Positions 37,732 through 48,398 of a stretch of 64,000 bases of DNA are shown here, one piece after another. Below the pieces are notes generated by a model. It did not search any database. It was not told the origin of the DNA and saw only the letters and a list, made by a program, of their open reading frames with translations. How positions within the stretch are numbered: position 1 is the stretch's first letter; each line of letters starts with the position of its first letter. Position numbers and translations under genes: made by a program. Origin of the DNA: a virus; IMG/VR virus record IMGVR_UViG_3300042923_001201, positions 30,473 to 94,472 of that record, one strand, 5' to 3'.

Positions 37732-38760
37732 TTATTTACCTCCTATTGTTTTTAATTGTAAGGCATAACTTCTATATTCATTAGTAATATAAGGAAGGAA
37801 CGCTTTAAACTCTCCTTCATTTGCACCTAATTTTCTATAATTATACATTACAATCAAAGCAATAACAGATCTCCACCAAGAGTTTTCAATATTTTCAATT
37901 GAAATCATAAACACATCAAGCAACGCATCAATTTGAGCCTTTTTATAAGTTCTTGACGCATGTTCAAGAAGAGCAATTTTTGACATTAACCCGTTAAAAC
38001 CATCAAGGGACACAAGTGGTGAGCCATAATCAATATCTTCATATGTTTTGAAATCTGATTTAATCAGGTTTTTAAAATATTCTATATCAGATTCATAAAT
38101 ATGAAGTGACACAGCAGTATGAGTATATTTTCCAACATCAATGCCCAACCAACCCGCAATAACATGCTGAAACATAATAAAGTTAGGGATGTCATAGATT
38201 GCACCTTTGTGCAAATCATTACTTCTCATAGCGACATACATATTAAGTTTACCTTCACGAACTGTGAAGTTAAAATAGTTCGTACAAGGAATATCTTTAG
38301 AGTAATTTCCATTTTCATGGATATAATTATCTCGGTCAGGATCAAAAATAACCATTGAAGCTTGACGTGAAAATGGGTCATTTTTCAATTTTTTATAAAC
38401 TTCAAAGAATTGATCAATTTCACCATTCCAATTTCGCAGACGTTCACCATAAGCGCCATTTAAAATGCCAGGTTCATCTTCGTCCTCAAAGTTTCGCCAA
38501 TTTGCATTATAATGAGCAATTTCATCAAGATTGTTTGAACCTCTTAACATCCATAGTGCCTCAGCTAGTTGGAAAGTATGGTTGCCTCGACGTCCCGTAG
38601 GAACTGTTAAAAATTTTCGAGGATTAGTAATAACAATAGTAGCAGGGCTCAACTCAAGTGTTTTTGACCCACGGGGTGCAACCTCAACCCCATGAGCCAA
38701 AATTTCTTCAGCGGCCTTTTTATATACTTCATCAAAAGATTCTCCAATGATTAAGTGCAT
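37732..38760 (-). CDS. Thymidylate-synthase-fold dCMP hydroxymethylase-like enzyme
   Basis: AYG.R, DPFSRQA, KDIPCT, MRSND...GAIYD (Asp at the TS Asn177 / T4 gp42 Asp179 position), SLHIY. Confidence 0.8.
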   Translation of the reverse strand: MHLIIGESFDEVYKKAAEEILAHGVEVAPRGSKTLELSPATIVITNPRKFLTVPTGRRGNHTFQLAEALWMLRGSNNLDEIAHYNANWRNFEDEDEPGILNGAYGERLRNWNGEIDQFFEVYKKLKNDPFSRQASMVIFDPDRDNYIHENGNYSKDIPCTNYFNFTVREGKLNMYVAMRSNDLHKGAIYDIPNFIMFQHVIAGWLGIDVGKYTHTAVSLHIYESDIEYFKNLIKSDFKTYEDIDYGSPLVSLDGFNGLMSKIALLEHASRTYKKAQIDALLDVFMISIENIENSWWRSVIALIVMYNYRKLGANEGEFKAFLPYITNEYRSYALQLKTIGGK

Positions 38761-38808
38761 ATCGGACCTCCATCGTTTTGTTTGATATATCATTATACAT
38801 AGAAAATT

Positions 38809-39306
38809 CTACACTGTGAACAGAGTTTGTAATATTTTTTCTACATTTTCGTCAATATTCTCGTCAGTATTAATTGTGATTTTTGGCAAAGTAGAGTCTT
38901 TGTATATTTCCTCAATCTTATTATAACAATAATGAAAATGCTCGGGTTTTACAAAATCTTCGCCTCGTTCAGCGATTCTCTTGATGATCGTTTCAAACGG
39001 AGGTTGAAGGTGTACAAGAAGGACATTAAACTTCTCGATTAGTATTCTCTCGAGGTAAGGAAAATAGTCTGCCTCATATCCACGATAGAGTGGAGCATAT
39101 ACTCGCTCACCTTCGAAAAATCTATCCTTAATTACTGAATAATCATTATCCTTAATACTATTCAAATATTCTAACTTACCATCAATATATGATTTTACAG
39201 GGCCGTGGTGTTCAATTGGAAAACCTGTTTTTTCACTGAGAGCATTAGCGATAGTGGACTTACCGGCTCCATCAGAACCGATAAGTATAATGAAATTATT
39301 TTTCAA
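38809..39306 (-). CDS. Deoxynucleoside-monophosphate kinase (thymidylate-kinase-like)
   Basis: GSDGAGKST, DRF, RIAERGE. Confidence 0.8.
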   Translation of the reverse strand: MKNNFIILIGSDGAGKSTIANALSEKTGFPIEHHGPVKSYIDGKLEYLNSIKDNDYSVIKDRFFEGERVYAPLYRGYEADYFPYLERILIEKFNVLLVHLQPPFETIIKRIAERGEDFVKPEHFHYCYNKIEEIYKDSTLPKITINTDENIDENVEKILQTLFTV

Positions 39307-39496
39307 AATGTATAGTCCTCCACATTTATAATAGATACTTTATCTTTTTCAAAATTAATACAATACATATTCGTAAACAAAACTCCCTTTTTATTTTCAA
39401 TCCTTTCTTCAATCCTACTGACGTCATTAGGTGGGACAATAATATCTACCTCTTCACTGTTTACTTTAATTGTTATTCTTTTCATATTTTCTCTCC

Positions 39497-41227
39497 TTAA
39501 AATATAATATTCTCCTCATTTATTTCCTCTTCTGTATCATTATAAATTACTTCAATGTCCTTTATTACAAGTTGCGGGGAGTTCCTCCCGCCCCAATCAT
39601 TAATTGAATAATATCCTACAACATCAAAAACAACATCATCACTTGGACAGTTTTCAATTTGATGAAGCAATTCCTCACTTGCACCAAACTTTACAACATT
39701 GACTCCCCAGGAATATATTGAAAGCATTGATCCTTTAACACTTATAAATCTTTTTGGAACACTCATCTTTTTAATTCCAATAAACGGCTCCGATACGACT
39801 CCACCAAACAATGACTTATTTCGGTCAATCAATTCACAAAGTTCTTTATCAGGTTTGTTTGTCAAGTAATCAACATCATAAAGGACATCTTGTTTTTTAA
39901 TTGTTCGTGAATATTCCTTAAACTGTTCAATTTTATCTTTTGAAATTTCTATACCAAATGCATTGTCATGGCCTTGAGCAAACACTACAAAACCCGATTT
40001 CTCACACCATTCACGGAAGTCAGCAATTGTTTTTTCATGACCTCTACCCGAACCGAAGTAACTTCCTTCTTTTTCATTTAAAAGTAAAGCGGGCTTATCA
40101 TATTTGCTGACAAGTTTATTCGCCATCAAACCTGAAATTCCTGGGTTTTCGGAACCACCCGAAAATGCAATAATAACTCCTGCATCATCAACTAAAGTAC
40201 TATCAATCTGTTCAACCATCTTTTTAACAGCAGAGTCTTGACGACTTTTACACTTTGTTGCTACATCATAAGCGTGTTGAAAAATATTAAAATCAAAAGT
40301 AACATTCTCAAACTTTCCTGTTGCCTTATTCTTTTTCTTTTTAACGGTTGTAAATACTTGATCGGTATCAATATGTGCCATAGCCTTGAACAATGTTTCA
40401 CGTTCTTCAAGTGTTCCCACGCGAGTTACAGCATTAATGATTGGGATTACGCCGAAAGAAAGGTCCTTAGGTGCTAATTTAATTCCTAAACCATTTTTCT
40501 CACCAATTGCGACGCTCAGGAATCCATTTGTAATATTTTCAAGTCCCTTTTTAACAAGATATCTGATTTCATTATTTGAGATATCTGATGCGTCACCAAT
40601 CTGACCGACAGCAAACAAATCAAGAAATCTGTCTACAACATCCAATCCATATTCTTCGTCAATAAGTTGAATGAACTTATATACGACTCCCGCTCCCACA
40701 AACCGATCATTTGTATTTTCACAAAGTTGGTTGTTAACAATGATGCCTTTATCTGTCCATTCAGTTACAACGTGATGGTCGAGAACAAGCACTCTAATAT
40801 TATTGTTTTCTAATAGCTCAATTTGAGCAACATCATTCGACCCAGCATCTGGAACGATAACAAGTGTTGGCTCTATATGCCAAATTTTTTCCATAATAGG
40901 ATCTGTAAGTCCATGAGCCTTAAATTCATGAACTAAAAATTCAATCTTATCATCACCGTTGTCGAGATATTTCAAAAATTGGTATAGCATTGCAGCAGAT
41001 GTAAATCCATCAGCGTCCTGGTCAACAATTATAACTATCTTATGATCATCTTTTGATAGTTCTTTAAGAAGTAAGTCCTTACCTTCTTTAGCATTTTTAA
41101 AATTTTCGGGCAAACTTTGATCTGTATTGTCAGGATTAAAAAATCTTTCCTTGTCAACAATTCCTCTATTTTCAAGTACAGTATCAATTATATTACCTAA
41201 ATAAGGTCTTGTTTGAATAATATTCAT
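39497..41227 (-). CDS. recJ: RecJ-like ssDNA exonuclease (DHH family)
   Basis: DQDADGFTS, PDAG, LDHH, GSGRG, GHDNAFG. Confidence 0.9.
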   Translation of the reverse strand: MNIIQTRPYLGNIIDTVLENRGIVDKERFFNPDNTDQSLPENFKNAKEGKDLLLKELSKDDHKIVIIVDQDADGFTSAAMLYQFLKYLDNGDDKIEFLVHEFKAHGLTDPIMEKIWHIEPTLVIVPDAGSNDVAQIELLENNNIRVLVLDHHVVTEWTDKGIIVNNQLCENTNDRFVGAGVVYKFIQLIDEEYGLDVVDRFLDLFAVGQIGDASDISNNEIRYLVKKGLENITNGFLSVAIGEKNGLGIKLAPKDLSFGVIPIINAVTRVGTLEERETLFKAMAHIDTDQVFTTVKKKKNKATGKFENVTFDFNIFQHAYDVATKCKSRQDSAVKKMVEQIDSTLVDDAGVIIAFSGGSENPGISGLMANKLVSKYDKPALLLNEKEGSYFGSGRGHEKTIADFREWCEKSGFVVFAQGHDNAFGIEISKDKIEQFKEYSRTIKKQDVLYDVDYLTNKPDKELCELIDRNKSLFGGVVSEPFIGIKKMSVPKRFISVKGSMLSIYSWGVNVVKFGASEELLHQIENCPSDDVVFDVVGYYSINDWGGRNSPQLVIKDIEVIYNDTEEEINEENIIF

Positions 41228-41559
41228 TAATTTACCTCGTTTCCTGTTTCATCTCCAATAGGTTCAGGTTCAGTTGGAACTTCTGGGTCTGTTGGTGTTT
41301 CTGGGTCAGAAGGTTCGGGTTGATCAATAACAGGATCAATTAATTCTGGTGGAAAGCCGTCGCCCATTCTAGAAGGAACAATAATAAAACCATATTTTTG
41401 AATAGCCTGAATAACAAATTGTTGGTCGTCATAAAACTTTTGCTTTTTATATTCAACTTCCTTTTCTAATCTTTTAATATAAGACTGTTCAGTAGGGAGC
41501 TTATTATCATGTAGGTGCTTTGCTTCTTTAAATACAAGTTCTCTAATTAAATCTTTCAT
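41227..41559 (-). CDS. Hypothetical protein with Pro/Glu-rich C-terminal tail
   Basis: PEPSDPETPTDPEVPTEPEP low-complexity tail; RBS AAGGAG. Confidence 0.55.
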   Translation of the reverse strand: MKDLIRELVFKEAKHLHDNKLPTEQSYIKRLEKEVEYKKQKFYDDQQFVIQAIQKYGFIIVPSRMGDGFPPELIDPVIDQPEPSDPETPTDPEVPTEPEPIGDETGNEVN

Positions 41560-41688
41560 ATACATTCTCCTTAAAATTTTATTTAAATTATTATACATAG
41601 AAACATTAGGACTGTAATCTTATTTAATAAATAATGTAAAACCTCCAAATTTTTTAGGTCTTTTAAATTTAATCATTAATATCTCCCC

Positions 41689-42723
41689 TTAAACTAATAT
41701 TTTATTTTTAAATAACTCCTGAAACACTTCTTTTCCTTTGTCAGTTGGTGCGTCTTTATAATCAAGTAATCCCTTTGTATCCCAAATAACCGATACTCTA
41801 AAATAAGGAATTAATTTATCAATAAATCCCGACCTTACTTTTTGCTGATAAAATTTTTCTTCACTTTCATTTTCAAATTCTTTATCAAGTGCCAAAATTA
41901 CATTTTCAATACCCATCTTTTGTAATATCTTAACTTGTTCGTTTGTTAGTGAGCTTCCTGATATACCTCCTCCAATACTCATTTGAGGAAACATTGTATC
42001 AAGTTGTTGTACTCCTTTTTCTGATTCAAATAATATAATAGTTTTATATTTTTTTATACTTTCTTTAGTTATGTTGAGTCCATAAATGTTGCCTCCTGTG
42101 GGGTGTTTTCGTACTTCACCTTTATGATAAATGGGCATATACTTTTTACCAGCTTTAATTTCTTCATCGTTTAAAGATCTTGCACGAATACCTAATAACC
42201 TATTTTCAATATCAAAGTGTGGTATAATAATCTTATTTTCATTTATTGAATAAAGAATATTAAATTTTTTCATTGTTTCTTTGCTTATTCCATCTTCAAT
42301 CCATGACCTGTGATAAAGTTTGTAAAAACTATTTAATAGTCCTGTATCAATATCTGTAAGGACGTGTGGCTCTTCTTTTTTATTAAATTTTTTAATAAAA
42401 GACAAGTCAAGTCTATCACTTGCGTCAAATGATGATTGGTTATTTATACCAAATTTTCCACAAATGTATCTTATTGATGAAGCAAAGTCTATATTATAGA
42501 CCTTGCTCACCAAAGAAAATATATCATAAGAACACTTACAATCAGTAAAACAATGAAACGTTTTGCTTGATTCATAATATACTAGCTTATTTTTATTACC
42601 GCCGTGACATATTGTCCTACAGTATAATTCATTTCCTCTAGGAATTGGGTTTCCGCCAAGTTCGTAAAGTATATCTGTAATGTCATTTAGTGTGAGCATA
42701 TCTTTAATATCTTGCGGATTCAT
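41689..42723 (-). CDS. DNA primase (Zn finger plus TOPRIM)
   Basis: CH..C..C zinc finger, IIIPH, LFESEK, LALD. Confidence 0.85.
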   Translation of the reverse strand: MNPQDIKDMLTLNDITDILYELGGNPIPRGNELYCRTICHGGNKNKLVYYESSKTFHCFTDCKCSYDIFSLVSKVYNIDFASSIRYICGKFGINNQSSFDASDRLDLSFIKKFNKKEEPHVLTDIDTGLLNSFYKLYHRSWIEDGISKETMKKFNILYSINENKIIIPHFDIENRLLGIRARSLNDEEIKAGKKYMPIYHKGEVRKHPTGGNIYGLNITKESIKKYKTIILFESEKGVQQLDTMFPQMSIGGGISGSSLTNEQVKILQKMGIENVILALDKEFENESEEKFYQQKVRSGFIDKLIPYFRVSVIWDTKGLLDYKDAPTDKGKEVFQELFKNKILV

Positions 42724-42736
42724 TCAGGTCACCATC

Positions 42737-44368
42737 CTAAAACTCGGGTATTCCATCTTCACCAAATTCTTCAATAGCCTCTGTATCCCTTTTTTCTACG
42801 AACTTTTCATGTATAGTTTTAGGGACTTCATCATTAAACAAAACCTTAACTTGTTGGATATCAGCAATGTGGTTATAATCCATATCGGTCAAGAACAATG
42901 GTTCCTCGCGAATTGTTGCACCATGATATTTAGTCCAAATAATAATTCCTGTGCGTCCTCCACGATTCTTATAAACATAATGACAGAAATTTGGTTTTTC
43001 TACATGGTATCCTCTTTCAAGAATATGTTTCAGATTTTCTAAATCTTTTTGTGTTGTTCTGAACATCATTACACCATGGTCGACCTTATCTGCGGTGGCA
43101 GATCCACCACGAAGCGACGAAGTATCGCGCATTTCATGGTCTTTGGAGTTTCTATTTAATTGAGTTGCAGAAATCACGTATACATCGTACTTATTACTTA
43201 GCAATTTCAATGCGGCAGATAACTGAACAAGTATTTGATCTTCACGGAGAGCTCCTGCAAATGCTTCTTGCATTGTTCTTGCTAGTTTTGGAACCATTTG
43301 AATATAGTCAAAACCGATATATTTAACATCATGCTCAATGATATGTTGTTCAATAATCGTCTCAATATCATTAATTGAGAAATCATCAATATAAACAACA
43401 TAATAAGGAGCCGCTGCAATAATTTCTATGCCTTTTTCCAATCTTTTTTGAATATCTGAACTATAACCACCATTTTTAATAACATCCTCATCCACACCTG
43501 ATATATGAGCTAACATACCTGTTTGTAATTCTTCTTTTTCCAACTCAGTTGATATAAATAGTACGGGATGAGTAGGACCGTTTGATATATAACTCTTTGT
43601 TTCATAATCCCAAATATGAGAACAAGCTATACCTGCAAGGTCAGCAATCGAATGGCGTGTTTTACCAACACCCGTTCCAGCTGAACGCAACATAAACTTT
43701 TTAAATCTCATTCCTCTAAACAAAGCGTTATAATAACCATTTCTGAAAGGATAACCGAACTCGGGGGTTTCTCTTAATCGGTCAAGCAATCCTGCCATTC
43801 CTTCCCCTGCCATAAATGACTTTTTATTATCACCTATCTGCCATTTATCACGAAGTTGAATCATTTTTAATGAGAAGTGTTCAATCATATTGTCTATAGT
43901 CATTTTGTCCAGGGCCCTCATTTGTTCTTCTTGTAATGCAAGATCCTCAACTCTATAATCATAAAGTGAAGTTACATCCATACCCTGTTCAACGTAATCT
44001 CTCAACATCGCAAACTTTTTCAGTCTCCAATAATTGTTTTTGTAGGTTTTAATATTTACGTTATCAATAGCATTTTGAATGAAATCAAACCCATTGTGCT
44101 GTTCCCAAATCTTATAGTTAGCAGGATACTGTGCAAGATAATTGTCAATATCAACGGCTGTAACTTTTTCAATAGTTGCATCTGAATATGCGATATTATT
44201 AATTGCTGCAAATATATTTTTATGAAACTTGTGAAAGAAATCCCCTTCATTTAAAGGCATCTCTTGATTTCTAACTATTTGCGGTTTATGACAAAGTATT
44301 CCTAAAACTGTATAAACTGATCTTCTGGGATCAAGGTTTGCCAAGAATGTCTTATCAACTGCTGTCAT
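42737..44368 (-). CDS. DnaB-like replicative helicase
   Basis: AGTGVGKT, ISTE, FDYIQ, ATQLN, ADKVD, KNRGG. Confidence 0.9.
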   Translation of the reverse strand: MTAVDKTFLANLDPRRSVYTVLGILCHKPQIVRNQEMPLNEGDFFHKFHKNIFAAINNIAYSDATIEKVTAVDIDNYLAQYPANYKIWEQHNGFDFIQNAIDNVNIKTYKNNYWRLKKFAMLRDYVEQGMDVTSLYDYRVEDLALQEEQMRALDKMTIDNMIEHFSLKMIQLRDKWQIGDNKKSFMAGEGMAGLLDRLRETPEFGYPFRNGYYNALFRGMRFKKFMLRSAGTGVGKTRHSIADLAGIACSHIWDYETKSYISNGPTHPVLFISTELEKEELQTGMLAHISGVDEDVIKNGGYSSDIQKRLEKGIEIIAAAPYYVVYIDDFSINDIETIIEQHIIEHDVKYIGFDYIQMVPKLARTMQEAFAGALREDQILVQLSAALKLLSNKYDVYVISATQLNRNSKDHEMRDTSSLRGGSATADKVDHGVMMFRTTQKDLENLKHILERGYHVEKPNFCHYVYKNRGGRTGIIIWTKYHGATIREEPLFLTDMDYNHIADIQQVKVLFNDEVPKTIHEKFVEKRDTEAIEEFGEDGIPEF

Positions 44369-44853
44369 TATTCCAACCCCTTCATTTTTATAAAAGCTTT
44401 TTCTCTAATTGTATTATTGCTATGGACTATAGGAGCGATTTTAATCGTTACAACTTCATTTTTAATACTTGACGTATTTTTCATTTTTTCTTCTAAATCT
44501 TCATAATATTTAACGGAGCTGTCATAATAATAAGGTAATATTGACAGAGCTCCACGTTGGGTTAGTTCAATTTTTACAACCTTAACAATATAGCAAAGTG
44601 CCTTTGTTATTCCCTCATAAGTATAATTTCTTGTTTCCTTAAATTCTCTTATCTGTTTTAGCATTTGACCATTAGGATAAGGTATTTTATAAATCACTTG
44701 TATTGTTTTATAAAGTAAATCTCTATCAGTTTGTTCTTTTATTTTTGCGGCTGCACATGTTTTACAGTAGTTTAAACTACCAACCTGTTCCATTTCATTC
44801 TTTAGGTATTTTGAGCCACATGTTCCATAACATTTCAATGGACGCAAAGACAT
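44368..44853 (-). CDS. Zn-finger protein upstream of the helicase (possible loader)
   Basis: CYGTC..YCKTC; SPbeta-like synteny with helicase, primase and RecJ. Confidence 0.55.
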   Translation of the reverse strand: MSLRPLKCYGTCGSKYLKNEMEQVGSLNYCKTCAAAKIKEQTDRDLLYKTIQVIYKIPYPNGQMLKQIREFKETRNYTYEGITKALCYIVKVVKIELTQRGALSILPYYYDSSVKYYEDLEEKMKNTSSIKNEVVTIKIAPIVHSNNTIREKAFIKMKGLE

Positions 44854-44926
44854 TTCAAGTCACCCCATTTATTATTTCATAATACATTATACATAGAAGT
44901 AATAAAAAAGTAAACCGAGTGAATGA

Positions 44927-45313
44927 TCACTCGGCCATAAGTTTTTCAACTATTAAGTTAATTTCTTGTCCTATGTGGATTGGTATATATCCTATACCTT
45001 CATTTTCATTGGCTGTTGCTATATTTATCATTGCAAATGTACCAAACTTATCAAAGTCAACAGCCGTTATGTGTTTTATAAGTATGTTTTTTCTTTTTAC
45101 ATCATGCGGTCTGAATATCTTTATGAATATTATTCTTTTATCAGTTACATAAACTTGATTTTTTGGATGAAACATATCAAAACCGACGGCAAGTAATTTT
45201 TCATCTTTAGGTAGGTCTTTTTCGAAGTTTTTAATATGAATCTTTGTTATTCGTCTTAACCCAAATTGAGCGAGCCTTACAGTTTCTTCAATTGTATTGA
45301 CCGTACCTAACAT
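44927..45313 (-). CDS. Bacterial PH-domain protein
   Basis: VYVTDKRIIF..I..ITAV pattern. Confidence 0.55.
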   Translation of the reverse strand: MLGTVNTIEETVRLAQFGLRRITKIHIKNFEKDLPKDEKLLAVGFDMFHPKNQVYVTDKRIIFIKIFRPHDVKRKNILIKHITAVDFDKFGTFAMINIATANENEGIGYIPIHIGQEINLIVEKLMAE

Positions 45314-45387
45314 TTTATTACCTCCCCGTTTGTGATTAATTTAATTATACACTAAACGAGCAAGGAAATCAATAAGTTAGAAAAGAT

Positions 45388-45894
45388 TTATTTTATTTTT
45401 GTTGCAGAAATACCTTCATTTTCTTCAAATTGACCATCATAAATTAAATTGTTTCCCAATGTACAACTACAAGAAATAACTGCCTGTAATTTTCTTTTTC
45501 TTTTATAAACCGTACCACATTCCTTGCAATGATATTTATAATAAGGACCCATCATGTTAATTTTTCTGCTGCTGCTTATTCCATATTTATCTAATTGACT
45601 TTCAAATAAAGCATCACCATCTTCATGGTCTTTGCCTTGAACATACAAAGCATAATGAGTCAGTTCATGTTTTAATACGTCTATTATTTTTTCTCTGCTA
45701 TAAAACCTAACAAGTTCCTCGGATAGCTGTATTTTTAAAGGAGTTCTTACGCCCTTAATCGTATTAAACATAAATCTTCCTAAAACTTTTTTAATCCTTG
45801 AGTTAAATTCGATTGGTATTCCCAATTCCATATTATAAGCTTCTTTTAAAAAAATATTTGCCTCCTCAATGACTTCATAGTGTCTAATGTTCAT
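45388..45894 (-). CDS. SprT-like zinc metalloprotease
   Basis: LGRF, LKHELTHY, C..C..C-terminal Zn ribbon. Confidence 0.85.
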   Translation of the reverse strand: MNIRHYEVIEEANIFLKEAYNMELGIPIEFNSRIKKVLGRFMFNTIKGVRTPLKIQLSEELVRFYSREKIIDVLKHELTHYALYVQGKDHEDGDALFESQLDKYGISSSRKINMMGPYYKYHCKECGTVYKRKRKLQAVISCSCTLGNNLIYDGQFEENEGISATKIK

Positions 45895-46002
45895 TTAACT
45901 ACCACCTTTATATCAAAAATTTGTTAATTTAATTATATCATATGAAGTATAAAAAGTAAAACTAAATCATAGAAAAAAAATCCACCCGAAGGTGGACTTT
46001 AA

Positions 46003-48375
46003 TTATCTTACAGGACACGCTCCACCTTCGCAGGATTCAACAGAATCATCAAGTTCTTCAGAATAAAGTTCCCGATCATATTGTGCTAACAGGTCTGTGC
46101 GAAGTGGTTTAAAGATATCGGTCATTCTTTCATATTGTTCTTCAGAGATTGCTTCGTACGGTGCCAATTGATATGTTCCGCCATCAAGTGCGAGGAATGA
46201 CACACCAACATATTCATCCCAATTATTATAAATCTTCATGAACAAATCTTCCCATTCACCAGGTTTTACAGTGATTGTATTTGAAGTATTCATATCAGTG
46301 TAAGAACGTTGGAACATACGGTAAATTTCAAACTGTTCAAGAGCAGTTACATCTTCTTTGCTAATTTCGGAACCCGATTTAATTGGAAAGTCAATTACCC
46401 AAGTTCGAGCATTATCCATTTGTTCGTAGTAGTCTTTACCTTGTGTGCCTACTTCAGGGTTAATTTGCCATCCTGAATCTCTTACTGCCAACGCAAGCGG
46501 ATCTTTTGAATTGATGCGAATGCGGCGAATGAAATGAGGCGAGTGAGAGAAGTGCAAACCACTTGATACTCCACCTGCTACCTGTGATAGTGTTCCTTCT
46601 GGTTTAATAGCAGTTACAAATAGAGGATTTGGAATACGCAGTTCACTTGCATATTGTTTTACTGCATCCCAACCTATTTGTCTCAAACGCTTCAGCAATT
46701 TTTCCTGTTCTTTTAAGTCATATTCGACCATTGCCATTGCATCCTGCCAACCTGTAAGTGAACATCCTGTCAGACGATGGACTTTTAGTGTTTTGTCCCA
46801 TTCATCAAGTTCCAATTCAACAAGTGTCATTCGTAATCCAGATCTGGCAGACCGAGCTTGTGCCTTAAGTAATCCTTCAACGTCAAGTTTATAACCACGA
46901 TCAGTTTTAATAACAAAGTTTTTAACATTAATTGTTGTGAGATTACACACGCCACGCGAAGTCAAGATAATTTCAGCACATGGATTCAACCCAAGTTGTT
47001 TAGCAATCTCAACAATAGTTTCATGGTCAGGACGATCAATACCCATATTCTTCAAGTATCTTCGTGCAGCTTCATACAGGTTAATCATACCAGGTTCGCC
47101 CTCGAGTTGCATCATTTTACACAAGAACATTACATAGTCTTTATTTGGTTTATCAATGAAGGCAACAGAGTTATTTGACATTCTACGGTGGTGGAGGCCT
47201 GTGCCATAGTAAGCACCATTTGAGTTATAGTCCGTGAAAGCAGTTTCGACATTTTTAACAGGATAAGGAATACCTTTTTCATCAAGATAATTAACAATTT
47301 CTTGAAGCAATTTTGCTTGATCATCAGTATAAATACCGTTCATTAGGAACTTTGAAAATACGGTTTCATAATCTTCAGGTGAGAACAAATAAATTTCAGC
47401 CGTACGTCGAACTCCACCAACAACTACATTATATCCAATCAGATTACAAATATCAAGTACGTGGATAGGACGTAATTTAACATAGTCACCTTCAACTACT
47501 TCGAGAGGTTTTTGTGTAGGATCCATTTGATTGCGAAGTACTTTAACAATTCCTTCAAACATTTCTTGAAGAGGTTGCGGACCTGATGCAGTTCCACCAA
47601 AACCTTTCAGCGGACGACCTGCAGGGCGAACATAATTAAAGTCAAATACAATCTTTTCTATATCTTTGAAGAATGGATCTTTAATTACTTTAAGGAATTG
47701 AAGCAGTGAATCAACCCAACCTACTTTACTGTCGCCAACTGTAATTGTTGCAGTTTTACCTTCAACACTCAATTCAGTAAACTCAAGCAGTCCATCAATT
47801 CCAACAAACTCGTATGGTTTAAACTCAACATCATATCCATAGGCACGTACTGGTTCAAGGTGTTCAGCGTGTTCAAGACGACAAGAGATACCTACTCCTG
47901 TACCAACCATCAAAGCATAAAATACTTCTGTAACATTATCAATCTTGTCGATAATTACATGAGAGCAGTTAAATTGTGAAAGACCAATTGCTTTCAGTTT
48001 TTCATTATGAATATCTCCTGCCCACAGAGTACGACCTGCAAGGAATTGGTCAAGATTGTAAATTGATTCAAATAATTCAATTGCTTCACGTTTCATACGT
48101 TCTCTACGTTGTTTTGTAATTGTGATTCCATTTCTTACACAATGTTCAAGTTCCATCCAAAGATTATATTCTGCAGATCGTTTAACAGTCTCTTTCCAAG
48201 TTTCTCTACGTTGTTCATCTCTATTATATCGAGAATAAGTTCGTAGATAAACAAACTTCCCAAGGTCGTTCATATGTTCAGGAAAATCAGAATAGTTAGA
48301 TAGAAAGTCCTTTGAAAAAATGTCAAAGTTATTCTTTGTGTCGAGTTTTTTAGGTGCATTAATATTAAAGTTCAT
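46003..48375 (-). CDS. nrdJ: Class II (AdoCbl-dependent) monomeric ribonucleoside-triphosphate reductase
   Basis: RTYSR, FNC, GGTASGP, GGVRRTA, NPCAEI, CNL, KPEGT, C-terminal CEGGACP. Confidence 0.93.
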   Translation of the reverse strand: MNFNINAPKKLDTKNNFDIFSKDFLSNYSDFPEHMNDLGKFVYLRTYSRYNRDEQRRETWKETVKRSAEYNLWMELEHCVRNGITITKQRRERMKREAIELFESIYNLDQFLAGRTLWAGDIHNEKLKAIGLSQFNCSHVIIDKIDNVTEVFYALMVGTGVGISCRLEHAEHLEPVRAYGYDVEFKPYEFVGIDGLLEFTELSVEGKTATITVGDSKVGWVDSLLQFLKVIKDPFFKDIEKIVFDFNYVRPAGRPLKGFGGTASGPQPLQEMFEGIVKVLRNQMDPTQKPLEVVEGDYVKLRPIHVLDICNLIGYNVVVGGVRRTAEIYLFSPEDYETVFSKFLMNGIYTDDQAKLLQEIVNYLDEKGIPYPVKNVETAFTDYNSNGAYYGTGLHHRRMSNNSVAFIDKPNKDYVMFLCKMMQLEGEPGMINLYEAARRYLKNMGIDRPDHETIVEIAKQLGLNPCAEIILTSRGVCNLTTINVKNFVIKTDRGYKLDVEGLLKAQARSARSGLRMTLVELELDEWDKTLKVHRLTGCSLTGWQDAMAMVEYDLKEQEKLLKRLRQIGWDAVKQYASELRIPNPLFVTAIKPEGTLSQVAGGVSSGLHFSHSPHFIRRIRINSKDPLALAVRDSGWQINPEVGTQGKDYYEQMDNARTWVIDFPIKSGSEISKEDVTALEQFEIYRMFQRSYTDMNTSNTITVKPGEWEDLFMKIYNNWDEYVGVSFLALDGGTYQLAPYEAISEEQYERMTDIFKPLRTDLLAQYDRELYSEELDDSVESCEGGACPVR

Positions 48376-48398
48376 TTTTTAGTAGTTCCTCCTGTTGT

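Noticed and set aside
37732-38760. Plain thyA or SPO1-type dUMP hydroxymethylase
   Set aside because: Asp replaces the dUMP-specifying Asn, and ThyX is encoded separately.
26219-48375. Inteins or introns in PolIII, topoisomerase, helicase or RNR
   Set aside because: Lengths are ordinary, frames are continuous and no splice motifs were seen.
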